Shown here piece by piece: positions 45,092-53,958 of a stretch of DNA of 64,000 nt. Source of the DNA: Verrucomicrobiota bacterium (lineage in GTDB: Bacteria; Verrucomicrobiota; Kiritimatiellia; JAAZAB01); the NCBI GenBank assembly GCA_018898455.1, contig JAHIJO010000014.1, positions 1,560-65,559 of the forward strand, in the 5' to 3' direction. Position numbers and translations under genes: made by a program. Numbering within the stretch: position 1 is the stretch's first letter; every line of letters begins with the position of its first letter. The notes beneath the pieces are model-generated. The model did not search any database. It was not told where the DNA came from and worked only from the letters and a program-made list of their open reading frames with translations.

Positions 45092-45627
45092 TATTTCGCG
45101 TTACAGCCCCTGTCATCTGGAACGGGCACAGCCAATCGGGTCCAGTGCAGCAGGGGGGACGAGAGGGGGGGGGTCTTAGATAAGGCTTGATGAATCCTCT
45201 GCCAGACGAAGTGTTCCGGCGCAACACGGATGGCTTGGCGAGACAGTTCAGCCAGGACCAGTTCCGCCCGTTCGCGGCGCGCCGCTGCCAGTAAAGTGTC
45301 CGCATTCACGGCTTGCATGGAAACTAACTGCGCGGCGGCGCGCAACATTTGCGGCCGATCCTGGTTGTTCGGTTGGCAAATGGCGACAACCAGTTCCTCA
45401 TTGGAAAGCAGGCTTAACGGCGGCGGAACGAAGTCCGGGCTGGCTGGCGGCCAGCGGGTTACAAACCGTGCCCCTCTAGCATTAATGACATCCAAAAGCC
45501 AGTCTTCCAAACATTGCGCGCCCGCGGAAGGATATGCCCGCATTAGACTTCCCAGCCGAATCCGCAAAGCCGAAACGTGTATGGTCACGCCCAGCCGTTG
45601 GGCAAGGATGAGTGGGCGTTGATTCAT
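45073..45627 (-). CDS. hypothetical protein (possible partner of downstream NTase-like gene)
   Basis: 184 aa ORF overlapping the next gene by 19 bp. No family recognised. Confidence 0.3.
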   Translation of the reverse strand: MNQRPLILAQRLGVTIHVSALRIRLGSLMRAYPSAGAQCLEDWLLDVINARGARFVTRWPPASPDFVPPPLSLLSNEELVVAICQPNNQDRPQMLRAAAQLVSMQAVNADTLLAAARRERAELVLAELSRQAIRVAPEHFVWQRIHQALSKTPPLSSPLLHWTRLAVPVPDDRGCNAKYWKLVS

Positions 45628-45822
45628 GAAATATCGCTTCCGGTCCCGAGGTGGAACTCCACAAGTTTCTCCAAATTGTGAATGAATGGGAATTCCATTT
45701 TGCGGAACGTCATATGTGCCTTGAGATATTTTTCCGCCGCCTGCGGTTTGACTTGCTCAATCATTTTCGTGAAAGCCAATCACTACTATGTGTCTTTGTG
45801 CCTTGGTGGCATATTATCCAAG

Positions 45823-46758
45823 CTAGACATTGGCGTATTGGTTGCGCCGGATCACTTGATAGCCCTTGATGAGTTCCGCAATGCCCGTTTGCAGGCCGAC
45901 CTGCGGCTTATAGCCGGTGTGCTCAATTTTTTCGTTGCTGACGTTGTAATTCCGCTGATCTGGATCCACGCCAATCTTGGATTCCAGGATATGGAATTCA
46001 GGGACCTGTTTCTTGATTTCCAGACAAAGTTCCATCTTGGACAGATTGGCATCGCTGAGTCCCACGTTGTACGTCTCGTTGCGCATCGCATCGAAATGCT
46101 CGATGGCATGGATAAAGGCGCGCGCCACATCCCGGACGTGGATGTAATTACGCTTGAAATGGGCTTCGAAAAGAACCACAAACCGGTCCGTGACCGCGCG
46201 ATATGTAAAATCATTCACCAGCAGGTCCAGCCGCATACGGGGGCTGATCCCGAATGCGGTGGCCAGGCGCAGGGAAATGGCGTGGCCTGAATCCAGGAGA
46301 TATTTTTCCAGGTCCACTTTTAAGCGCCCGTACAGGGAAACAGGCCTCAAAGGCGTTTTTTCGGTGCAATACCCGCTCTTTTTTCCGATGCCGTACCCGC
46401 TGTTCGTGGTCGGGGAAACGATCATCTGACTTCGACTGCTCAACCCCGCCAGCAGTTTCACAGCCTCCAGGTTGATCGCTCGCGCTTCGATGGGTCGTTG
46501 TGCGCACACGGGAGCTCCCACAAGACAAGCCAGGGGAATCAGAACATCCGCTTTCCGTAGATGACTTTTTAGAAGAGCCTTGTCCCGCGCGTCACCGCGA
46601 ATAATGGTCAGGCGGGGCTGATGACAGCAATCCAGCAGTGAGGTCTGGCCATACAGGAAATTATCAATGACGGTGACCGCGTGTCCGTCAATTAAAAGCA
46701 TGGGAACCAGGACAGATCCGATATAGCCGGCGCCGCCGGTCACGAGAATGTTCATCAT
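45823..46758 (-). CDS. NAD-dependent epimerase/dehydratase (UDP-glucose 4-epimerase-like extended SDR)
   Basis: 311 aa ORF. ILVTGGAGYIGS Rossmann motif and YxxxK. Confidence 0.8.
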   Translation of the reverse strand: MMNILVTGGAGYIGSVLVPMLLIDGHAVTVIDNFLYGQTSLLDCCHQPRLTIIRGDARDKALLKSHLRKADVLIPLACLVGAPVCAQRPIEARAINLEAVKLLAGLSSRSQMIVSPTTNSGYGIGKKSGYCTEKTPLRPVSLYGRLKVDLEKYLLDSGHAISLRLATAFGISPRMRLDLLVNDFTYRAVTDRFVVLFEAHFKRNYIHVRDVARAFIHAIEHFDAMRNETYNVGLSDANLSKMELCLEIKKQVPEFHILESKIGVDPDQRNYNVSNEKIEHTGYKPQVGLQTGIAELIKGYQVIRRNQYANV

Positions 46759-46823
46759 GGGGCCTCCTAATGGGCGTTACACTATCGGGTATCAAGACGG
46801 ATGTCAACAGCCGGTTTAGCGAA

Positions 46824-46852
46824 TTGACATTAACGGGCTCCGGGCATATGCT
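46824..46852 (+). promoter_or_regulatory. candidate sigma70 promoter (TTGACA-17-TATGCT) giving near-leaderless transcript for downstream gene
   Basis: TTGACA at 46824-46829 and TATGCT at 46847-46852. The ATG at 46859 lies 7 nt downstream. Confidence 0.35.
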
Positions 46853-46858
46853 TGCAAC

Positions 46859-49141
46859 ATGAAAAAGACAGGCATGGTGCGGGTGGCGGGGCTGGGGTTG
46901 GGCTTGGTCATGGCGTGTTGTGTTGGGTGTCGGGAATGGTTTCCCCGGCGTGTCGTCACATGGGCGGATTTGGTCAAACAGCTGGGTGATTTCGATCGTA
47001 TCGCCCGGTTGGATGTTCCCTCCTCCTTGATCATTACATCCTTTGACCCCAAGGGCGGTAATGACGATTATAACAACTTCGTGCGGAAAAGCAAAACGCC
47101 CGGGTGGGTCGTGCTGGCTGATTTGAAAGGGCCGGGCTATATGTCCCGGTTCTGGTTCACGGGGGCGGGTGGTGAGCGCCCTCTTCGATTCTACTTTGAC
47201 GGCGAAAAAAAACCGAGAATTGAAACTACCCTCGACGAGTTTTGCGCAAAAAATGGGCCATTTTTCCCGATTCTGGCGGGTAATGAGAATATTTGCTGGT
47301 ATTCTTTTGTTCCTATTCCCTATCACAACCGATTGATCATCGAAGCCAAAGAGGGGGGGGATCAACCGGGTGGCTGGCCGAGGCTGTTCTACCAGGTCAA
47401 TTATGCCTCCCTGCCACCGGGACAAACCGTCGCCAGTTTCCCCGCCGCATTATCAGCCGAGGATCTTGCCCTGCTCCAAAAAATCCGTGATCGCTGGAAG
47501 GCGTTTTCCACAGAACGTCCGTTGCCGGGTCCGGTATCGGCTGAAACCAACGTCCTGTTAAAGGCGGGTATGGCATTGGATTTGTTTCAGATACCGGGTC
47601 CCGCCCTGCTCCGTTCGCTTTGGATTCAGCCCGACTTTGATGCGATCACGGCGTCGGCCTTGGCCCGGGAAAATATTCTAAGAGAAGTGGTGCTTCGCAT
47701 TCGATGGAACCGTTTGCCAGCCGCCAGCGTGGAGGTGCCCTTGGGCGATTTCTTCGGGAGTTGCTGGCAGAGATCCCGGTATCAATGTCTCTACTTCGGC
47801 TTGACGAATGACACGTTGATCAGCCGCTTTCCGATGCCGTTCGAAGCGTCCGCCCGAATCAGCCTTGAGAATCAGGGAACTCAGACGATTGCCCTGAAAG
47901 CGGGCGTTGGATTTGAACCGCTGAAGCAGTGGGACCCCGCCTGGGGATATTTCCATAGCGGCTGGCATCGGACCGGTCCGGAAGATTTGGGTAAGCCGCA
48001 TCCGGTTCTGCGAGCGAAAGGCAGGGGGAAATACGTGGGCTGTATCATGGCCGTGTCCAGCGCCGACCGCAGTTACTGGATGTTGGAAGGGGATGAGACC
48101 ATTCGGAAAGATAACGAGGAGATGCCGGCGTGGCGCGGCACCGGGCTTGAAGATTATTTCAACGGAGGCTGGTATTATCGCAATGTCCTGATTCGTCCGC
48201 TTCATGGGCTTCCATTCAAGGTTCCCTTTCGCACCGTGCAATACAGCTTGCATTTGATGAATCCGACGCTGTTCCGGTCCTCTCTTGACATGGTGTTTGA
48301 ACGCGGTCCCGACCATGCCAGCCGCGGATGGATGGAAAGCGTGGCCTTTTATTATATGGCCCAACCATGCCAGGCGTTTGCGCGGCTGGGCGCGCCGGCT
48401 GAAAGACTGGCGCCGATCGAAGACTTGGCCCGCATGACTCTCATGACGGAACTATGGAATTGCGAGCGGCTTGGCGATTTCAAAGGAGCCAATGACTATC
48501 TTGACCGTTACCTGGAACGCTATCCCGATTTTCCGTTTGCGGGAGTCTTACGATTACGTCAATTGGCTTATGCTGAACGGGAAAAAGGATTTGATACTGT
48601 GCGCCCAGCGTATGAACGAATTGTGGCGACGGAAACCAATGAGCTGGTACGTCAGTATGCCAACATCCTGTTGTGGTATCAGCAATCTTCATCCAATGCT
48701 CTCCTGATGGCTTTTGCCAACACGCGAACAAAGGTATATCTGGATGGAAGGGAGATCGGCGAATCAGGCGATCCGGAGCGCCTCATGGTATGGGGGCTTC
48801 AGGTGGGGTCCGGCAGGCATGTTCTGGCGATGCAGGCCCAGTGGAGGCAGTATCCGGACTGGAATCAGGCCATGCTCCGGACCCACCAGGGCGATGTGTT
48901 TACCACGATGGATTGGAAGAATGCCATCAATCCGACGCCCGGCTGGCTTTCTCCTGACTATGACGACCGGTCATGGAAATCGGCGGGAACATGCAAAGGG
49001 CCTCCGGATGAACCTTATGTCTGGGTGATGCCGGATCCATTGGTGGATGTGCAGTCAAAAGCCGTTGGCTTGAGTCCCGGCAGTGAATGGCCGGACCATC
49101 GGGGGATGATCGTGTATCGCAAAGTGTTTGATTTGCCCTAG
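46859..49141 (+). CDS. secreted/lipoprotein-like large protein, DUF2961 (GH172)-like region (tentative)
   Basis: It has a signal peptide ending in a Cys cluster (LVMACCVGC). GTGLEDYFNGGWYY and EGDE blocks recall DUF2961. Tentative. Confidence 0.45.
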   Translation: MKKTGMVRVAGLGLGLVMACCVGCREWFPRRVVTWADLVKQLGDFDRIARLDVPSSLIITSFDPKGGNDDYNNFVRKSKTPGWVVLADLKGPGYMSRFWFTGAGGERPLRFYFDGEKKPRIETTLDEFCAKNGPFFPILAGNENICWYSFVPIPYHNRLIIEAKEGGDQPGGWPRLFYQVNYASLPPGQTVASFPAALSAEDLALLQKIRDRWKAFSTERPLPGPVSAETNVLLKAGMALDLFQIPGPALLRSLWIQPDFDAITASALARENILREVVLRIRWNRLPAASVEVPLGDFFGSCWQRSRYQCLYFGLTNDTLISRFPMPFEASARISLENQGTQTIALKAGVGFEPLKQWDPAWGYFHSGWHRTGPEDLGKPHPVLRAKGRGKYVGCIMAVSSADRSYWMLEGDETIRKDNEEMPAWRGTGLEDYFNGGWYYRNVLIRPLHGLPFKVPFRTVQYSLHLMNPTLFRSSLDMVFERGPDHASRGWMESVAFYYMAQPCQAFARLGAPAERLAPIEDLARMTLMTELWNCERLGDFKGANDYLDRYLERYPDFPFAGVLRLRQLAYAEREKGFDTVRPAYERIVATETNELVRQYANILLWYQQSSSNALLMAFANTRTKVYLDGREIGESGDPERLMVWGLQVGSGRHVLAMQAQWRQYPDWNQAMLRTHQGDVFTTMDWKNAINPTPGWLSPDYDDRSWKSAGTCKGPPDEPYVWVMPDPLVDVQSKAVGLSPGSEWPDHRGMIVYRKVFDLP

Positions 49142-49368
49142 CAGCCTGTCGGGCTTAAGCCCTCCAGTCTGCTTCAACAAGGAGGATGGCGGACGTGGCG
49201 AAGCCAAAGTCCGACAGCCTCCTAACTTGATTGTATGGTGCTGACGTCGCATCGGCAGAGCGCGGCGTGTCTGCGACGGGGCATAGCCCCACACAGGCTA
49301 TGTCCTCGCGCACAGAACGCGGCTCTGCCGGATGCGCTGCTGCATCCTTTTGTGAAAGGACGTTCCCT

Positions 49369-50521
49369 ATGCCCGATGATCTCAAAGAACGAGTCAAGCG
49401 TTTCGAAGTCCATGTCTTGGAGATGCGGGGGTATCTTTGACGTCGCCAGCCGCGAAAAGGTACTGGCAGAGCTGGAGGTTCGGATGGCCGCCGCCGATTT
49501 CTGGAACAATCAGACCGCTGCCAGGGGAATCATTGACCAAGCGAATGCCCAGCGGGCGGTGCTGAATCCGTTCAAGGTTCTTCAGTCCGGTCTTGACGAT
49601 AACCGAACCCTCTTGGAACTGGCGGAATCCGAGCCCGATGAAGCCCAGCGGCAAAGCACGTGGGATATGATTGCACAGGATCTGGGCCGGCTGGAAACCG
49701 CGTTCCGGAAGCTGGAAATCGAATCGCTGTTCGATGGACGACTGGACCGGCATAATGCCTTCTTGAGCCTGCATGCCGGAGCCGGCGGCACTGAAGCCTG
49801 CGATTGGACTGAAATGTTGTACCGCATGTATCGCCGGTATTGTGAAGAGCATGGGTTTGAAGTCAGCCTGTTGGATATTCTGCCCGGCGAAGAAGCGGGT
49901 CTGAAGAACGTAACGTTCGCCGTGACCGGCGATTGTGCCTATGGCTACCTGTCGGCGGAACGCGGTGTGCATCGCCTGGTGAGAATCAGCCCGTTTGACA
50001 CGAACAAGCGGCGCCATACCTCGTTTGCCTCGCTGGATGTCGTTGCGGAGCTTGACGATGATGCCGAGGTTGAAATCAAGGATGACGATCTGCGGGTGGA
50101 TACCTACCGGTCGGGGGGGGCCGGCGGCCAGCATGTCAATAAGACGGATTCGGCGGTGCGGCTGACCCATCTGCCCACGGGAATTGTCGTGGCCTGTCAG
50201 ACCGAGCGGTCCCAGCATGCGAACCGGACCCGCGCCTTGAAGCTCCTGCGCGCCCGACTCTATGAATGGACGCAGGATCAGAAACGCCGCGAGATGGAAA
50301 AGTTTTATGGGGAGAAGGGCGAAATTGCCTGGGGCCGGCAAATCCGATCCTATGTGCTCCAGCCCTATACCATGGCCAAGGATCATCGGACCGACGTGGA
50401 GATCGGCAATGTCATGGGAGTCCTGGAGGGTCATCTGGATCCGTTCATTGAGGCTTACTTGAAGTTCAAGCGGAGTTCGGCGACAGTGGAGAGCAAGCCG
50501 TCCAGTGGAATACTGGAATGA
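49369..50521 (+). CDS. prfB: peptide chain release factor 2 with programmed +1 ribosomal frameshift (join 49369..49437, 49439..50521)
   Basis: ORF0 is MPDDLKERVKRFEVHVLEMRGYL, ending at the in-frame UGA at 49438-49440. The +1 frame continues DVASREK... and carries SPF and GGQ motifs. Confidence 0.9.
49426..49440 (+). promoter_or_regulatory. prfB autoregulatory +1 frameshift site (internal SD-like GGGGG + CUU UGA C)
   Basis: The sequence GGGGGTATCTTTGAC was read directly. It is the canonical RF2 recoding signal. Confidence 0.85.
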
Positions 50522-50630
50522 TGGGGTAATGGATTGAAAATTAAGCCATAGCTGGTATAAAACCGACTCTACCAGCATGATGCATCAGGAGGTAGAGCAG
50601 GCTTTACGCCTGCTATTTTCAGGAGACTTG

Positions 50631-51515
50631 ATGGCAATTCACAGCATGACGGGATTTGGACGGGGGACAGCGGCTGCCCGGGGCATCCGGGTGATGGTGG
50701 AATTGAAGTCCGTCAACCATCGGCAGTTTGACTGCCGCATTGACCTGCCGCCGCCGCTGGGAGAGTGGGAGGTCGCCGTCCGCGAACAAATTCATGAATC
50801 CATTGCCCGCGGTTCCATCGCGTGCAAGGTTGTGTTGGATGTCTCACCGGTAATTCGAAGGCAATCGGCAACGGTGGATGAGGCGCTGGCCCGGGCCTAC
50901 CTGGCCCGCTTGCGGCAAATCGCCGGCCGGCTTGGCCTGAAAGATGACCTGAGTTCCGCATCCCTGCTGAATCTGCCGGGAGTGGTTAGTTTTGAAAGCC
51001 CGGCGGCCGGCTTTCGATCCTGCCGCACGCTGATCCGGATCGGTTTGAACAAAGCCATCAAGGCTCTCAATGCCATGCGGGAGCGGGAAGGCCGGACGCT
51101 GGGGCGCGATATTGCCGACCGACTTAAGCGCCTGCAGGCGCTTATGCTTCGAATCGAACGCCGGGCGCCGGGTGTTGCCCCATATTACCGTCAGGCGCTC
51201 TTGAAACGCATTCACGAGGCCGGCCTGAATGTCAATGCCGAGGATCCGCGTTTGTTGAAGGAAATTGCCTTGTATGCCGATCGTTCGGATATTTCAGAAG
51301 AAATTACGCGGTTGCGCAGTCACTTCCAGCAATGCGTTGCCGTGATTGCAACGGGAGAATTGGCGGGACGCCCGCTGGATTTCCTGGTCCAGGAACTGTT
51401 TCGCGAAATCAACACCATCGGCTCCAAGGCCAATGACCGGGTGATCGCTTCTGAAGTGATCCGGTTCAAGGCGGAATTGGAACGCATCCGGGAACAGGTG
51501 CAGAATATCGCATGA
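50631..51515 (+). CDS. YicC-family protein (DUF1732)
   Basis: ORF 50577..51515 with an internal start giving MAIHSMTGFGRG, the N-terminus typical of YicC. Confidence 0.8.
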   Translation: MAIHSMTGFGRGTAAARGIRVMVELKSVNHRQFDCRIDLPPPLGEWEVAVREQIHESIARGSIACKVVLDVSPVIRRQSATVDEALARAYLARLRQIAGRLGLKDDLSSASLLNLPGVVSFESPAAGFRSCRTLIRIGLNKAIKALNAMREREGRTLGRDIADRLKRLQALMLRIERRAPGVAPYYRQALLKRIHEAGLNVNAEDPRLLKEIALYADRSDISEEITRLRSHFQQCVAVIATGELAGRPLDFLVQELFREINTIGSKANDRVIASEVIRFKAELERIREQVQNIA

Positions 51516-52120
51516 TCTCACGGCCCCAGAGACCGCTATGCATCGTTATCTCCTCGCCGTCCGGCGGAGGCAAAACCACGTTGTGCGGCCGATTATTGCG
51601 CGAGTTTCCGTCCATGGTGTATTCCATCTCCTGCACGACGCGCGCCCCGCGGCCGGGAGAGGTCGAGGGGGAAAATTACTATTTTTTGGCGGAGCCGGAA
51701 TTTCAGCGCCGAGTCAAGGCGGGAGACTTTATCGAGTATGCGCAGGTGCATGCCCACTGGTATGGTACGCCGAAACAACGCATTGAAAAGGCCTTGAATG
51801 AGGGGCGGGATGCCTTGCTGGCCATTGATGTGCAGGGCGCCGAACGCATTCGGACCTTGATTTCCGGGCCGGTCTCGGATATCCTTAAAACTGCGTTGGT
51901 GGATATTTTCGTTGTTCCGCCGAGCATCAATGTCTTGCAGCAGCGGCTGGATGGGCGTGGCCAGGACACGGAGGAAACGATTGCCCTGCGGCTTGCCAAC
52001 GCGGAAAAGGAAATGGCCTGCCGGGATCGGTACAAGTATGTGATTGTCAATGACCGGCTGGACGATGCCTTTGAACGTCTTAAGGTCATTATCGAGGCCG
52101 AACATCGTCGGGTGGTGTAA
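51512..52120 (+). CDS. gmk: guanylate kinase
   Basis: 202 aa ORF with a P-loop SPSGGGKTT, Gmk length and motifs. It overlaps the yicC stop (ATGA). Confidence 0.85.
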   Translation: MISRPQRPLCIVISSPSGGGKTTLCGRLLREFPSMVYSISCTTRAPRPGEVEGENYYFLAEPEFQRRVKAGDFIEYAQVHAHWYGTPKQRIEKALNEGRDALLAIDVQGAERIRTLISGPVSDILKTALVDIFVVPPSINVLQQRLDGRGQDTEETIALRLANAEKEMACRDRYKYVIVNDRLDDAFERLKVIIEAEHRRVV

Positions 52121-52123
52121 ATC

Positions 52124-52696
52124 ATGAAAACAAATCCGCACATTGTATTGGGAGTCACCGGGTCCATTGCGGCCTACAAGGCCGCGGAACTGGTTCGCCT
52201 GATGGTTAAAAAGGAATGGGATGTGTCGGTGATCATGACCGGGGCCGCAACCCGCTTTGTGAGTGAGTTGACGTTTCGAACGCTCTCCCGTCGACCGGTC
52301 GTTGTAGATATGTTTGAGGAAACCGACGCTTGGCGGCCCACGCATATTTCCCTGGCCGATCTGGCGGACGTGCTGGTGATTGCTCCCTGCACCGCCAATG
52401 TCATGGCCAAACTGGCGCAGGGCTTGGCGGATGACGCTCTGGCCGCGACGGCGCTGGCCTGCGCCGCGCCGCTGGTCATCGCTCCGGCCATGAATGATAA
52501 GATGTGGGATCATCCGGCAACCCGGGAGAATCTCCGTATTTTAAAGTCGCGCAAATCGGTCGTCGTGGACGTGGGGCAAGGCGACTTGGCCTGCGGCTGC
52601 GAGGGACGGGGCCGGATGGCGCCGGTGGAAGTCATCCTGGCGGCTGTGGAGAAGGCGCTGAAATCCAAAATAAGTACTAGATATTCGGCTAAATAA
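52124..52696 (+). CDS. coaC: phosphopantothenoylcysteine decarboxylase (flavoprotein, CoaC)
   Basis: 190 aa ORF with the N-terminal flavoprotein motif GVTGSIAAYKA and PAMN motif. Confidence 0.85.
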   Translation: MKTNPHIVLGVTGSIAAYKAAELVRLMVKKEWDVSVIMTGAATRFVSELTFRTLSRRPVVVDMFEETDAWRPTHISLADLADVLVIAPCTANVMAKLAQGLADDALAATALACAAPLVIAPAMNDKMWDHPATRENLRILKSRKSVVVDVGQGDLACGCEGRGRMAPVEVILAAVEKALKSKISTRYSAK

Positions 52697-52721
52697 TGGT
52701 ATCGGAAACACTAGAGCGACG

Positions 52722-52988
52722 TTGAAAACGATAATCCAACGGCTCAAGCTTGAACTCCGGGTTTATCGCCTGGTAATGAAGGATCAACGGACGCCGCGCC
52801 GGGCCAAGTGGTTTGTATGGCTGGCGCTGGCATACGTGGTTTCGCCGTTCGATCTCATTCCAGACTTCATCCCGGGCGTCGGTTGGCTGGATGAACTGGT
52901 TGTCGTACCGATCCTGCTGGGGCTGGCGCGAGTTTGGATCCCCGCTGAAGTTCTGGCCGATTGCCGGACGCGGGCGGAATGGATGTAA
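52722..52988 (+). CDS. DUF1232 (YkvA-like) small membrane protein
   Basis: 88 aa ORF. SPFDLIPDFIPGVGWLDE is the signature motif of DUF1232. Confidence 0.6.
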   Translation: MKTIIQRLKLELRVYRLVMKDQRTPRRAKWFVWLALAYVVSPFDLIPDFIPGVGWLDELVVVPILLGLARVWIPAEVLADCRTRAEWM

Positions 52989-52994
52989 TAGAAA

Positions 52995-53200
52995 ATTGTT
53001 ATGTAGGGGCTGAGCTCTTGTCACGCCGTAGTGCGCCACGGCGAACGAAGGGGGATGCTCAGCCCAGGGTTTTGAACCATAAAGACGGGTTCAACCACGT
53101 CGCCTCAAAACGAGGCAAGTGGTCCCTTGGCCGCTGACGGGACAAGCTGAACCCCTGCATTGATCCGGAAATCCGCCCCGCTTGGGGGCCTAAGAATTAA
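52995..53200. other. structured non-coding spacer between coaC/DUF1232 and coaB with weak similarity to repeat X/Z
   Basis: Nested stems (GGGGCTGAGC...GCTCAGCCC; GCCGT...ACGGC). TGTAGGGGCTG and CGGGACAAGCTGAACC are shared with 63978 and 17196. Confidence 0.3.
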
Positions 53201-53203
53201 TTC

Positions 53204-53914
53204 ATGAAAATACTCGTGACAGCCGGGCCCACTCGCGAGCCCATTGATCCGGTTCGGTTCATCAGTAACCGCTCAAGCGGTAAGATGGGCTATGCCGTGG
53301 CAGGCGCCGCCGTGCGGTTGGGCCATGAAACAGTCTTGGTGTCCGGGCCGGTGGCGTTGACCCCGCCGGAAAAGGTGGAAGTGATTTCCGTTGTTACTGC
53401 CGAGGAAATGCTGGCTGCCGTCCAACAGCGCATCGGATGGTGTGATGCGCTGGTCATGGCGGCCGCCGTGTGCGATTGGCGGCCTCGCTCCCCCTGCCTT
53501 CAGAAAATCAAAAAATTGGAAATGTCCCGGGGTCTGCAATTGAAGGCAACGCCGGATATTCTCCGGATCGTGCGGTCCCGGAAGGAGAATCGGATCTTTG
53601 TCGGATTTGCCGCCGAGACCCGGGATGTGACCAAAGAAGCCCAACGTAAACTCGCTGAAAAAGGGCTCGATTTAATCGTGGCCAATGATGTCAGTCAGAA
53701 GGATGCCGGGTTTGAAGTGGATACCAACCGGGTCAAGCTTATTTCTGCCGATGGAAAGTGTGACAGCCTGCCATTGATGTCGAAGAATGAAGTGGCGGAG
53801 CGAATCATAAACTGGATTATGTCCAAAGATAAGAATTGTCCGCCAGACGCGGGTTCCGCCAAAGGACGGACAAGCTCGCCTCCGGCGGACATTTCTATAG
53901 ATGGGAAGCGGTGA
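53204..53914 (+). CDS. coaB: phosphopantothenate--cysteine ligase (CoaB)
   Basis: 236 aa ORF. ILVTAGPTREPIDPVRFISNRSSGKMG is the CoaB N-terminal signature. Confidence 0.85.
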   Translation: MKILVTAGPTREPIDPVRFISNRSSGKMGYAVAGAAVRLGHETVLVSGPVALTPPEKVEVISVVTAEEMLAAVQQRIGWCDALVMAAAVCDWRPRSPCLQKIKKLEMSRGLQLKATPDILRIVRSRKENRIFVGFAAETRDVTKEAQRKLAEKGLDLIVANDVSQKDAGFEVDTNRVKLISADGKCDSLPLMSKNEVAERIINWIMSKDKNCPPDAGSAKGRTSSPPADISIDGKR

Positions 53915-53958
53915 TCCCGCGCCTGCCCTGTTCCGGGCGGGGCCAAATTCCAGACGCC

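Noticed and set aside
46688-47425. 245-aa minus-strand ORF spanning the promoter and start of the 46859 gene
   Set aside because: It overlaps two oppositely oriented well-supported genes and the intergenic promoter. It has no motifs.
47678-48364. 228-aa minus-strand ORF inside the 46859-49141 gene
   Set aside because: It is antisense to a long, signal-peptide-bearing ORF. Its composition is biased and it has no motifs.
49394-50578. 394-aa ORF on minus strand
   Set aside because: It is antisense to prfB, which has clear RF2 motifs and a frameshift site. It has no recognisable domains.
50521-50580. Hairpin GCTGGTA...TACCAGC after prfB as terminator
   Set aside because: It has a 7-bp stem but no downstream U-tract, and the next gene (yicC) starts within 50 bp on the same strand. 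It is more likely operon-internal.
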